Origin: a virus
Reading direction: 5' to 3' (one strand)
IMG/VR virus record: IMGVR_UViG_3300027714_000008
Span: 34,739 to 98,738 of that record
DNA length: 64,000 nucleotides
Position numbers and translations under genes: made by a program. Numbering within the stretch: position 1 is the first letter of the stretch; each line of letters opens with the position of its first letter. Below are positions 49,381 to 57,582 of the stretch, piece by piece. The notes under the pieces are model-generated. The model worked only from the letters and a program-made list of their open reading frames with translations. It did not search any database and was not told the origin of the DNA.

Positions 49381-51240
49381 ATGGCTGATGCAACACTCAA
49401 TGACGTAATATTAAAATTACGTGCTGATAACGATAAACAATTAAGAGAACAACACAGCACAACAGATGCAGTTAAAAACTTGTCTAGTACCATAAGAGCG
49501 TTGCTTGAAAAGATGGAAGGCGACGCATTAAAGAATCGTGAAGCTTTACTTGAGGCCAATAAGAAAAATAAACAACCTAAACCAGATACGAACACTAGTA
49601 GTAGAAGTAGTAGTAATGGTAAAAGTTTAGCTGTATTTGGTAATCCTTTTAAAGGTTTGTTCAGTAGTATAGGTTCGCTTGTTGCATTTGCTGGAGCGTT
49701 TGCATTGGCTACTGAAGGTTTAGGTCCTTCTATAAAAGATCTAAATAAATTTACAAAAGGTATGAACAAATTATTCCTCTTGCCAGCAAGATTAGCAACA
49801 GACCTTGTTGTAGCTCCTGGAAAATCCATATACGATAAAGTCTTTAAAAATGTTAAGTTGATCGAGGATTCGGTAGAAAAACGTTTTAGCCCCTTTTTAA
49901 GACGAGTGACTCCAGGTGATATTGCAAGGGGGTTGAAAACAAAGAGTGGAGAGCTAGTTAAACTTGGACAGGTCACTAATTTAGCAGATGCAAGAGAAAG
50001 TTCGCTTACTCAAAAACAAAAACCTCAAAGTGCCTTAGTTCGTTTTTTTAGTGACATAAACAGAATGATTAAAAATGTTATGCCTACCAAAACAGTAAAA
50101 AGTGCGATAGAAAAACTAAAACCAGTATTCGAAGCGATTAAAAATAATAGAATGTTGCTAAACATTGTTAGGTTTGTAAAACCGCTTGCCGCAATCCTTT
50201 CTGTATTTGATGGTATTAAAACCGCCAGAAAAGAGATGGAAGACGAACAAGGTATTGTTGATAAATTATTTGCTGGTACAGGTGGTTTGGTAGGCGGAAC
50301 TCTTGGCTCTTTCTTTGGAGAGTTTGCAAACGTGCTAAAAAATATACCTATTTTTATTATCAAAAAACTGTTACCAAAAGATTATTTAATAACAGATAAA
50401 GATGGTAATGTTACTATTAATAAAGATAAAAACCTATTAACTAAAATTTTAGGTGGAATAGAAACACTCGACTTCAATCAATTAATTAAAGACCTTATTC
50501 AAATTCCATTTGAAAAGACGGGTGAGGCAATCACATCTATAACAACTGGTCTTGGGTGGACTGGAACTGAAGACGAAAAAATTAAATCAAAAGCCGCATG
50601 GACTACATGGTGGAATAACTGGAAGACACTGAATGGTTTCGGAAAGAATGTGTCTAGTATGGCTGGCGTTGCCTTTGAAATAGTATATTCTCCTGTCAAT
50701 ACAATATTAGAGGCACTTTTAAAGAATTTCACTAAGGATGGACAGGATAGAGAAAAGACTACTATGATGGAAAAGATAAACAAGTTTGCTCTTTTCATAC
50801 AAGACCTTATTCCAAGTCCACAGTATTTCATTGATCGGCTTCCTGAAGGAGTTGCAAAAGCATTAGGGTTAACACATTCACGACAACATAATAATGATTT
50901 AATTAACAGTACCAGCGATATCCGTGAAATCATAAAAGACATTAATAACATTAAAGACCTTCGAGCTGATATGAGATTAGCTAAAGTTAGAGCGACTGGA
51001 AGTGGTTCTTATATGTTGAATAGTGATTTAGAGCAAGAATTTTCTACCCGATTAAAAGAACGACGAGAAAAACTAAAAGCAGAAATATTCAATAGTAAAC
51101 TAACACAATTTAATGCCAATAACGATGGAGCTAAACTTGATGCGCCTGTGATAAATAATAATAACAATGCTATCGGTGATGCTGTTTTTCTGTCAGCTCC
51201 TGAGTCACATCATCCTGAAAGCCTACGATTTCCTAGATAG
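49381..51240 (+). CDS. Probable tape measure protein (gp29-like)
   Basis: 619-aa helical protein with Gly/Ala hydrophobic stretches, following g26/g51. Confidence 0.6.
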   Translation: MADATLNDVILKLRADNDKQLREQHSTTDAVKNLSSTIRALLEKMEGDALKNREALLEANKKNKQPKPDTNTSSRSSSNGKSLAVFGNPFKGLFSSIGSLVAFAGAFALATEGLGPSIKDLNKFTKGMNKLFLLPARLATDLVVAPGKSIYDKVFKNVKLIEDSVEKRFSPFLRRVTPGDIARGLKTKSGELVKLGQVTNLADARESSLTQKQKPQSALVRFFSDINRMIKNVMPTKTVKSAIEKLKPVFEAIKNNRMLLNIVRFVKPLAAILSVFDGIKTARKEMEDEQGIVDKLFAGTGGLVGGTLGSFFGEFANVLKNIPIFIIKKLLPKDYLITDKDGNVTINKDKNLLTKILGGIETLDFNQLIKDLIQIPFEKTGEAITSITTGLGWTGTEDEKIKSKAAWTTWWNNWKTLNGFGKNVSSMAGVAFEIVYSPVNTILEALLKNFTKDGQDREKTTMMEKINKFALFIQDLIPSPQYFIDRLPEGVAKALGLTHSRQHNNDLINSTSDIREIIKDINNIKDLRADMRLAKVRATGSGSYMLNSDLEQEFSTRLKERREKLKAEIFNSKLTQFNANNDGAKLDAPVINNNNNAIGDAVFLSAPESHHPESLRFPR

Positions 51241-51308
51241 TAAAACTTGACAAGTCATAATACCTAAGCATGTATTAAAACTGCTTTACACTAATTAAAA
51301 GTAATTGT

Positions 51309-51395
51309 GGTCGGTGCAGGTTTGCTAGACTTTATTATTAGTATCACAGGCGTCATACTAAATAGTTTTAAGGTTCGAGTCCTTAACCGACATCA
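51309..51395 (+). ncRNA. tRNA-like structured RNA with a non-canonical anticodon arm
   Basis: GTCGGT/ACCGAC acceptor-like stem and TAAGG-TTCGAGT-CCTTA T-arm. Confidence 0.55.
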
Positions 51396-51409
51396 ATCAA
51401 TATTAGTGC

Positions 51410-51440
51410 TTGACAACACCATCATTTTATTCTATAAGAT
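51410..51440 (+). promoter_or_regulatory. Sigma70-like early promoter
   Basis: TTGACA-17-TATAAG(AT). Confidence 0.6.
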
Positions 51441-51467
51441 ATGTATATTGACATAGGAGAATATGCT

Positions 51468-51656
51468 ATGATGGAATTTATTGAAAGCCCTAAAACATGG
51501 TTCAAAGCAACTAATTCGATTGAACCAGTGGACATCTTTAAAGATGATTATTCAGAAAATACATGGTTCGTTTGTATACCAAATCTATCTAACGCATTTG
51601 AAACATTTGAAGAATGTAAAGAATGGGCAGAAGGATCTGTCGGAATAAAATCTTGA
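51468..51656 (+). CDS. Hypothetical early protein
   Basis: AGGAG RBS before MMEFIESPK. Confidence 0.65.
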   Translation: MMEFIESPKTWFKATNSIEPVDIFKDDYSENTWFVCIPNLSNAFETFEECKEWAEGSVGIKS

Positions 51657-51705
51657 CACCTCTCAAGTTATCGTGTAGACACATATTATAAACATAAACA
51701 GAAAG

Positions 51706-51903
51706 ATGAGTTTTATTATGACAGACATTCAAACAGTGACAGAAATGGCAAAGCGCATGCGAAGTCTGCATCGCCGTTCAGCACTTTTCGGAAAAAGCCG
51801 TTACACTATTCTTGAAGAGATTAGTCTAATTGCTGAGGAATATGAGATCATGGCAGATCGTATTGAATCTACTATGGTTAATGAATTAGGAGCGGATGTA
51901 TAA
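51706..51903 (+). CDS. Hypothetical protein
   Basis: Follows TTGACA-17-TAGACA; coupled to the next gene. Confidence 0.6.
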   Translation: MSFIMTDIQTVTEMAKRMRSLHRRSALFGKSRYTILEEISLIAEEYEIMADRIESTMVNELGADV

Positions 51904-52205
51904 TGCAATTACAAGATACAATCAATAGTATAATTCAATGGCATTATGATCGTAATTTGATTGATGGAAGTTCAGACAAAGATCAGTACCTAAAGCTCAT
52001 ACAAGAAGCTGGTGAGTTGTCTGATAATATTTGTAAAGGTAAAGACATTCGTGACGACATCGGTGATATGATGGTTGTCCTTATCAATATTATGGAACGT
52101 AATAACTTAACTTTAAATGAATGTCTTGAAGTTGCCTATAACGATATTAAAGATCGTAAAGGTAGAATGGTTGATGGTGTGTTTGTTAAAGAGGATGATA
52201 AGTGA
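51903..52205 (+). CDS. MazG-like NTP pyrophosphohydrolase
   Basis: KLIQEAGEL...DDIGDMMVVL...AYNDIKDRKG...GVFVK. Confidence 0.85.
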   Translation: MQLQDTINSIIQWHYDRNLIDGSSDKDQYLKLIQEAGELSDNICKGKDIRDDIGDMMVVLINIMERNNLTLNECLEVAYNDIKDRKGRMVDGVFVKEDDK

Positions 52206-52981
52206 AACTACTACAAGGCGATTGCTTGGAACTAATGAAGACTATACCTGATGGTTCTGTTGACTTAGTGCTGACAGACCCACCATATGGAACTACAGCT
52301 TGTAAATGGGATATTGTTATTCCTTTTGAACCTATGTGGGATCATTTGAAGCGACTAATTAAACCGAACGGCGCGATTGTATTATTCGGAAAAGAACCAT
52401 TTTCAAGTGTTTTAAGATGCTCAAATTTAAATATGTTTAAATATGATTGGATATGGAAAAAAGATACAAAGTCTAATTTTCCACAAGCATCATTTCAGCC
52501 ATTAAATAATATTGAAGATGTTATTGTTTTTTCTAATGGTTATGCGAGAAACTTTCCAAAAGGTAGTGACAAGATAAATGACATAATGGTTTACAATCCT
52601 CAAATGTCAGATGGAAAGAAGTATAAAATCCCAAAAGCCTCAAAAACAACAGAAGTTTTTAATGTAAATCATAAGAATGGAGAATACAAGCATAAAGAAA
52701 AAGATACTACAAAGAGGTTTCCATTTAACACTATTGAAATAAACACAGATAAAAAAAGAGTACACCCAACACAAAAGCCAGTAGCATTAATGGAGTATCT
52801 AATCAAGACCTACACCAACGAGGGTGAAACAGTTTTAGACTTCACAATGGGTAGTGGAACAACAGGTGTAGCCGCTAAAAACCTAAACCGAAGCTTTATT
52901 GGTATTGAGCTTGACAAAGACTACTACAATATTGCAAAAGAGCGCATACAAAATGCGAATCTACTTGGAGACTTTTTATAA
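52202..52981 (+). CDS. DNA methyltransferase, N4-C/N6-A, beta class
   Basis: DPPY motif IV, HPTQKP and LDFTMGSGTT motif I. Confidence 0.95.
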   Translation: MKLLQGDCLELMKTIPDGSVDLVLTDPPYGTTACKWDIVIPFEPMWDHLKRLIKPNGAIVLFGKEPFSSVLRCSNLNMFKYDWIWKKDTKSNFPQASFQPLNNIEDVIVFSNGYARNFPKGSDKINDIMVYNPQMSDGKKYKIPKASKTTEVFNVNHKNGEYKHKEKDTTKRFPFNTIEINTDKKRVHPTQKPVALMEYLIKTYTNEGETVLDFTMGSGTTGVAAKNLNRSFIGIELDKDYYNIAKERIQNANLLGDFL

Positions 52982-54294
52982 TGACTGACGTGAAACTTAT
53001 GCTAGGCAATTGCTTAGATCGACTAAAAGACCTTGATGATAATTCAGTAGACAGCATTGTCACTGATCCACCTTATGGAATTGATTTCATGGGTAAGAAG
53101 TGGGACTACGATGTTCCGTCTACAGAGATTTGGGAACAAGCGTTAAGAGTTCTCAAACCAGGTGGTTATCTATTAGCATTTGCTGGCACACGAACACAGC
53201 ATCGTATGGCAGTTCGTATTGAGGATGCTGGTTTTGAAATCAGGGATATGATTGCATGGGTGTATGGTAGTGGATTTCCTAAGTCTCACAATATCAGCAA
53301 GTCTCTTGATAAAATGGCTGGTGCTGAACGTGAGATAATTGGGAAGCACAATGGAAGCGGAATGACCAAATCAAATGTTGAGCAGGGAGCGCAAAAGAGG
53401 AACGTCACAGAGTGGAATACATACTCTGACGTCCCAGTCACCGATGAAGCCAAACAATGGGAAGGTTGGGGTACTGCACTCAAACCTGCATTAGAACCTA
53501 TTACAGTTGCACGTAAACCACTAGGAGAAAAGACTGTTGCCAAGAATGTATTGAAATATGGCACTGGTGGTATCAATATTGATGCTAGTCGAGTTGCACA
53601 TATCACTGTTGGTGATGGAAGTAATCTTGCACTGAACTCACATCTTAGGGAGGGTATAAATGGTGGCAATGGTGGTAAAATTATTGCGACAGAACCAGAT
53701 CGCCGCACGACTATACCAAATAATTCAGGTAGATTCCCCGCAAACTTTATTCACGATGGTTCTGAGGAAGTTACGAGTGGGTTTCCTAACACTAAAAGTG
53801 GCAGATCAAATGGCAATGCTCCAATTGGAGAAAGTGGGGTAAATGTGCCATTGCGTAGAGGCGTTGTGGTTGAAAGAAATGATGATGGTTCAGCCGCACG
53901 TTTCTTCTATGTTCCAAAGACATCTAAGAAAGATCGTAATGATGGGCTAGAGAACTTTACACCAAAGGCCACAGCGTCTTCTGAGTTCAGACCAAACCAT
54001 GCAGAGAAAGCAGATAATGGTGAAGATGGCAATCCATATGGACGTTGGACGCCCACACAGAACAACCACCCTACTGTAAAACCTACAGACCTTATGCGTT
54101 ACCTTGTAACTATGGTAACACCAAAAGGTGGTACAACACTTGATCCGTTTATGGGTAGTGGCTCTACAGGACGTGGTGCAAAGCTAGGTGGTTTTAACTT
54201 CATTGGTATTGAACTAGACGAAAACTACCTAGAGATTGCTAAAGCTAGAATTGATGTTGTATCTACTGAAGTTACGTTAGGAGACTTTTTATAA
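52981..54294 (+). CDS. DNA methyltransferase, N4-C/N6-A, beta class with large insert
   Basis: DPPY, HPTVKP and LDPFMGSGST motifs. Confidence 0.95.
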   Translation: MTDVKLMLGNCLDRLKDLDDNSVDSIVTDPPYGIDFMGKKWDYDVPSTEIWEQALRVLKPGGYLLAFAGTRTQHRMAVRIEDAGFEIRDMIAWVYGSGFPKSHNISKSLDKMAGAEREIIGKHNGSGMTKSNVEQGAQKRNVTEWNTYSDVPVTDEAKQWEGWGTALKPALEPITVARKPLGEKTVAKNVLKYGTGGINIDASRVAHITVGDGSNLALNSHLREGINGGNGGKIIATEPDRRTTIPNNSGRFPANFIHDGSEEVTSGFPNTKSGRSNGNAPIGESGVNVPLRRGVVVERNDDGSAARFFYVPKTSKKDRNDGLENFTPKATASSEFRPNHAEKADNGEDGNPYGRWTPTQNNHPTVKPTDLMRYLVTMVTPKGGTTLDPFMGSGSTGRGAKLGGFNFIGIELDENYLEIAKARIDVVSTEVTLGDFL

Positions 54295-54467
54295 TGCCGT
54301 ACATCTTAATAAAAAATGGAAAAACTGTTCAACACATCACTTTTAGTGGTAACATAAAAAAGTATTGGAAACGTGAACAAAAAGTTGATGATTTGTTATT
54401 CAATACACTGGAAGCCGCTAATGAAACCGCTGAGGTTTTAGATGCAGAAACTATGTGGGTTGCATAA
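54294..54467 (+). CDS. Small hypothetical protein (57 aa, MPYILIKNGK...)
   Basis: GGAG RBS; TAATG coupling at both ends. Confidence 0.6.
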   Translation: MPYILIKNGKTVQHITFSGNIKKYWKREQKVDDLLFNTLEAANETAEVLDAETMWVA

Positions 54468-54667
54468 TGAGTAAAGCATTTGATAAGAAGCAAAGAAAAC
54501 AGGCTCAGAAACAAGCCGAGGATGCGTATGTGTTGTTTATTAAGTGGTGTAAGTGGGGTACATACGTAATGATAGCTACAGTATTAATTGCCAGTGTTGG
54601 TTGTAATAATGGTGTAGATGGAACTGGCTCTAAGCCTAATGGTGAACTATGTACAGACACTTGCTAA
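54467..54667 (+). CDS. Small membrane protein, resembling aa3 cytochrome c oxidase subunit IV
   Basis: AEDAYVLFIKWCKWGTYVMIATVLI single transmembrane helix. Confidence 0.55.
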   Translation: MSKAFDKKQRKQAQKQAEDAYVLFIKWCKWGTYVMIATVLIASVGCNNGVDGTGSKPNGELCTDTC

Positions 54668-54733
54668 CGATAAAAATATAGCTTTACAACTACATTAATT
54701 TATGTTACAACAATAATAAGAATAGGAACGATT

Positions 54734-54931
54734 ATGACAAAAACACTAGACCATGATGCTTTGGCATTAGAAATAATAAAAGCCTATGATGAACATGCAT
54801 TGACCGCTGAAGTAGTAGTCTATAGATACAATGACACACAGGTTGTTCGTGAAACAGTTACGATAGACTTTAGAGACGATTGTGATTATCATACTACTAT
54901 TAGCTCTAAACCGATCTATACTGAGACATGA
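54734..54931 (+). CDS. Hypothetical protein
   Basis: Preceded by TTTACA-17-TACAAC and an AGGA RBS. Confidence 0.6.
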   Translation: MTKTLDHDALALEIIKAYDEHALTAEVVVYRYNDTQVVRETVTIDFRDDCDYHTTISSKPIYTET

Positions 54932-55095
54932 GTAAAACTAGCTTGGAATGGTCAGAATTATTTGGACTGAGGATAGCTTTGTCTACTCTTAAAGCCTCAG
55001 TGGATACACAGCTACCTATCCGTAAAACAGAAAATGTTGTTGCAGACTGGATGCAATTAAGAATAAAACAACTTGAGGATAAAGGTGAAAGATAA
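54928..55095 (+). CDS. Small hypothetical protein (55 aa)
   Basis: ATGA-coupled; MSKTSLEWSELF... Confidence 0.5.
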   Translation: MSKTSLEWSELFGLRIALSTLKASVDTQLPIRKTENVVADWMQLRIKQLEDKGER

Positions 55096-55097
55096 TC

Positions 55098-55349
55098 ATG
55101 CATAGTAAATACCTGTTTAGAGGACTCAAACTGTACTCTTCTGCATTGAAGCGAGATAAGAAATACATATCGTATATTCGCAGCAATTTTAAACTTGAAG
55201 AAGCTTATAGAGATTATTGTAATACGACAGAAGATGGGTTACTCGAAAACTTAGACGAAATTTACTGGACAGACTCAGTTGAATATGCTGATGCGCATTA
55301 TGGAGAAATTGCGCATGAAACCACACGCCATGATAAAGATTGGGATTGA
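55098..55349 (+). CDS. Hypothetical protein
   Basis: 83-aa ORF within the operon. Confidence 0.6.
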   Translation: MHSKYLFRGLKLYSSALKRDKKYISYIRSNFKLEEAYRDYCNTTEDGLLENLDEIYWTDSVEYADAHYGEIAHETTRHDKDWD

Positions 55350-55351
55350 AT

Positions 55352-55456
55352 ATGAAAAGAATTAATATAGACTTGCCTTTCGTGATTATTGCACTAGCAA
55401 TAGTATTGACATCTGCGCTGATAGTTATTGATCCACTATCCATTGTAAGGGGTTAG
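55352..55456 (+). CDS. Small hydrophobic peptide (34 aa)
   Basis: MKRINIDLPFVIIALAIVLTSALIVIDP..., fills the gap between neighbours. Confidence 0.4.
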   Translation: MKRINIDLPFVIIALAIVLTSALIVIDPLSIVRG

Positions 55457-55458
55457 AT

Positions 55459-55614
55459 ATGAATTTTGCATGGGGTTCTGAAAAAGAAAAGATTAAAGCC
55501 TTACGTATTTCTAAGTCTGAACGTGCGCGTATTCGTAGACGTACTGTAAAGAATATTGTTGCAGATACTACACAAAGGTTGTATGCTAAGATTAGACGAA
55601 ACAAAGGTAAGTAA
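55459..55614 (+). CDS. Small basic protein (51 aa)
   Basis: MNFAWGSEKEKIKALRISKSERARIRRR..., ends just before speD. Confidence 0.5.
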   Translation: MNFAWGSEKEKIKALRISKSERARIRRRTVKNIVADTTQRLYAKIRRNKGK

Positions 55615-55615
55615 T

Positions 55616-55987
55616 ATGGAATTAATAGAACACAAGCATTTAATTATTCGTGCTGAAGTTTTAAACCCTCCAAAAGACGAAGTTTGGGTACAAAATTGGC
55701 TTACTATGTTAGTAGATAAAATTGGCATGAAAGTTGCCAAAGGACCTATTACAGCATATGTAGATGTGCCAGGTAACGAAGGGATAACTGGTTTAGTTGC
55801 GATAGAAACTAGCCATATTGCAATACACATATGGGAACTCCTAGAGCCTGCACTTGTACAACTAGATGTATACACCTGTAGTTCTTTGGATAAAGATATG
55901 ATCTTTGCAGAGTTAGAACAATGGAACCCTACTAAAGTTGAATGGAAATACCTAGATCGAGAATTTGGGTTAAACGAAGTTGAGTAA
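55616..55987 (+). CDS. speD: S-adenosylmethionine decarboxylase family proenzyme
   Basis: HKHLII, GITGLVAIETSHIAIHIW (pyruvoyl site) and QLDVYTC motifs. Confidence 0.88.
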   Translation: MELIEHKHLIIRAEVLNPPKDEVWVQNWLTMLVDKIGMKVAKGPITAYVDVPGNEGITGLVAIETSHIAIHIWELLEPALVQLDVYTCSSLDKDMIFAELEQWNPTKVEWKYLDREFGLNEVE

Positions 55988-56008
55988 ATTTAAAGAAAGG
56001 AAAATGAT

Positions 56009-56323
56009 ATGAATGCGGAACAAATGAGAGAGGTGCTTTCAAAAGCTGTTGTTGAAGTGACCTTTACTGAAACGAGATGGGTTTCAAAATTGAATAAGAA
56101 TAAAGTAGAAGTGCATACATCACTTTTTACTTTAGATTCAAACATCGTATCAACTAATGATTGCCCAAAGTATCCAGGATTGCACGACCTCGTACATAGT
56201 GGATGGATTGAATTTACTAGTTTAGTTGTAGCATGGGATATTAAAAATAAAAAATGGTTGCAATTTAACTCTGAGGATGTTACAAGTTTTTTGACTGATA
56301 AAAACGTACAACTGATATTTTAA
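56009..56323 (+). CDS. SH3/WYL_2-like beta-barrel protein
   Basis: VVEVTFT...VVAWDIKNKKWLQF. Confidence 0.55.
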   Translation: MNAEQMREVLSKAVVEVTFTETRWVSKLNKNKVEVHTSLFTLDSNIVSTNDCPKYPGLHDLVHSGWIEFTSLVVAWDIKNKKWLQFNSEDVTSFLTDKNVQLIF

Positions 56324-56328
56324 ACACA

Positions 56329-56336
56329 TATAAATA
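56329..56336 (+). promoter_or_regulatory. Late promoter TATAAATA
   Basis: Exact motif in an intergenic gap. Confidence 0.65.
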
Positions 56337-56362
56337 ATTGTATGAGAACGAAGGAATAGTAA

Positions 56363-56578
56363 ATGGTAGACTTAGACACAAATTTTATTGTTGGCGCATT
56401 GCTTATTGGAATTAGCGCAGTAAGTTACTTTCTAGGGAAATGGAAAGAAGAGATAAAACAGCTAGATAGTATTGAACATACTATAACATATCTTTCTGAT
56501 AATGGGTTCATAAGAACTAAGAAAAATCCTGAGAATGGTGAAACTGAACTAGTCAAGCTTAATGGAGATATAAATTAA
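56363..56578 (+). CDS. Small membrane protein
   Basis: N-terminal transmembrane segment; AAGGA RBS. Confidence 0.65.
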   Translation: MVDLDTNFIVGALLIGISAVSYFLGKWKEEIKQLDSIEHTITYLSDNGFIRTKKNPENGETELVKLNGDIN

Positions 56579-56624
56579 CTGTTTACATTATCTAAATTGT
56601 ATGCTATAGTAAGAATATACAATA

Positions 56625-57224
56625 TTGGAGAACTTTATTATGGCTATGCGAAAAACAATGTCTAAAACAGAACTCGCTAGAAAAAATGCTAAATCTAAAG
56701 CTACAAGAGACGCAAAGAAAAATGCGGCACTCAAAGAATTAGGTATTGATGTTAAACGAACTAAGATTCGTAAGAAGCGCAAACCTATGACTGAAGAACA
56801 ACACGCCGAAGCCATAGCGCGTCTGGCAAAAGCTAGAGAAGCTAAAGGACCTGTTAAGCACACACAATTTCATCCTGATGTTGTTGCATTACCTGATGAG
56901 CATGAACTGTCATTAAAGAATGTGAGACAGTGGTTAAAGACACAAAAAGAATTGTTGATTAGTATGAAGTTGTATAAGGACAGTAAAGATGCTGTAGAAA
57001 GAAACAAATATAACATTTGCTATACTTACGTAAGTAATTTGAATACGTATCTAACTAAAGGTGTCTATGTAGATCACAAGATTGGTGAGCATGGAACTGG
57101 TAGTATCAAATACTCTTGTACTCATATGTCATTTAAAGCAGATGGAACTCCGAAGAGAACGCATGGTGTCTACTATCCAGATATGGGTATGGTCTATGAA
57201 ACTGGAATGGAAGATAGAGAGTAA
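56625..57224 (+). CDS. Conserved basic hypothetical protein upstream of g33
   Basis: RKPMTEEQ..A..RLAKARE motif; TTTACA-17-TATAGT promoter; real start probably at 56640. Confidence 0.75.
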   Translation: MENFIMAMRKTMSKTELARKNAKSKATRDAKKNAALKELGIDVKRTKIRKKRKPMTEEQHAEAIARLAKAREAKGPVKHTQFHPDVVALPDEHELSLKNVRQWLKTQKELLISMKLYKDSKDAVERNKYNICYTYVSNLNTYLTKGVYVDHKIGEHGTGSIKYSCTHMSFKADGTPKRTHGVYYPDMGMVYETGMEDRE

Positions 57225-57456
57225 TACATTGAAACAATTTTTAAACAAAAGTGAGTTCTCTATAATGGTAGAACGATCTGTACACGAAAAACGAGTTAGT
57301 TACATAGATGCTATTGTAGACATATGTAATGACAATCAAATTGAACTTGAGGATGTCGGTAAGTATGTTAACAGTATTGTCAAAGATAAGATTGAGGCGG
57401 AAGCAAGAAGTCTAAATTGCTTAGACGCACCAAAAATAAACACGTTGCCGATATAG
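57196..57456 (+). CDS. g33: Late promoter transcription co-activator gp33
   Basis: FS..VE......SYIDAIVDIC....E......I..K.KIEAEA..LN; start uncertain. Confidence 0.85.
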   Translation: MKLEWKIESNTLKQFLNKSEFSIMVERSVHEKRVSYIDAIVDICNDNQIELEDVGKYVNSIVKDKIEAEARSLNCLDAPKINTLPI

Positions 57457-57501
57457 ATCACTGTTAAAACAAAAATTAATTAATAAGGAGAAAATTAAGA
57501 C

Positions 57502-57530
57502 TTTACATAAAGACTAAACTACTATACTAT
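57502..57530 (+). promoter_or_regulatory. Promoter for g32
   Basis: TTTACA-17-TACTAT. Confidence 0.55.
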
Positions 57531-57582
57531 GCCTATATGGTAAACACGTAATATAAACCTAAAAATATAAATGGAGACACAT

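Noticed and set aside
51247-51275. Sigma70 promoter at TTGACA 51247
   Set aside because: No credible -10 box at 16-18 nt spacing; the region is better explained by the pseudoknot.
51264-51395. tmRNA, suggested by CTAAGCATGTA and a T-arm
   Set aside because: There is no GGGG 5' end, no G-U alanine identity pair, no CCA end and no tag ORF.
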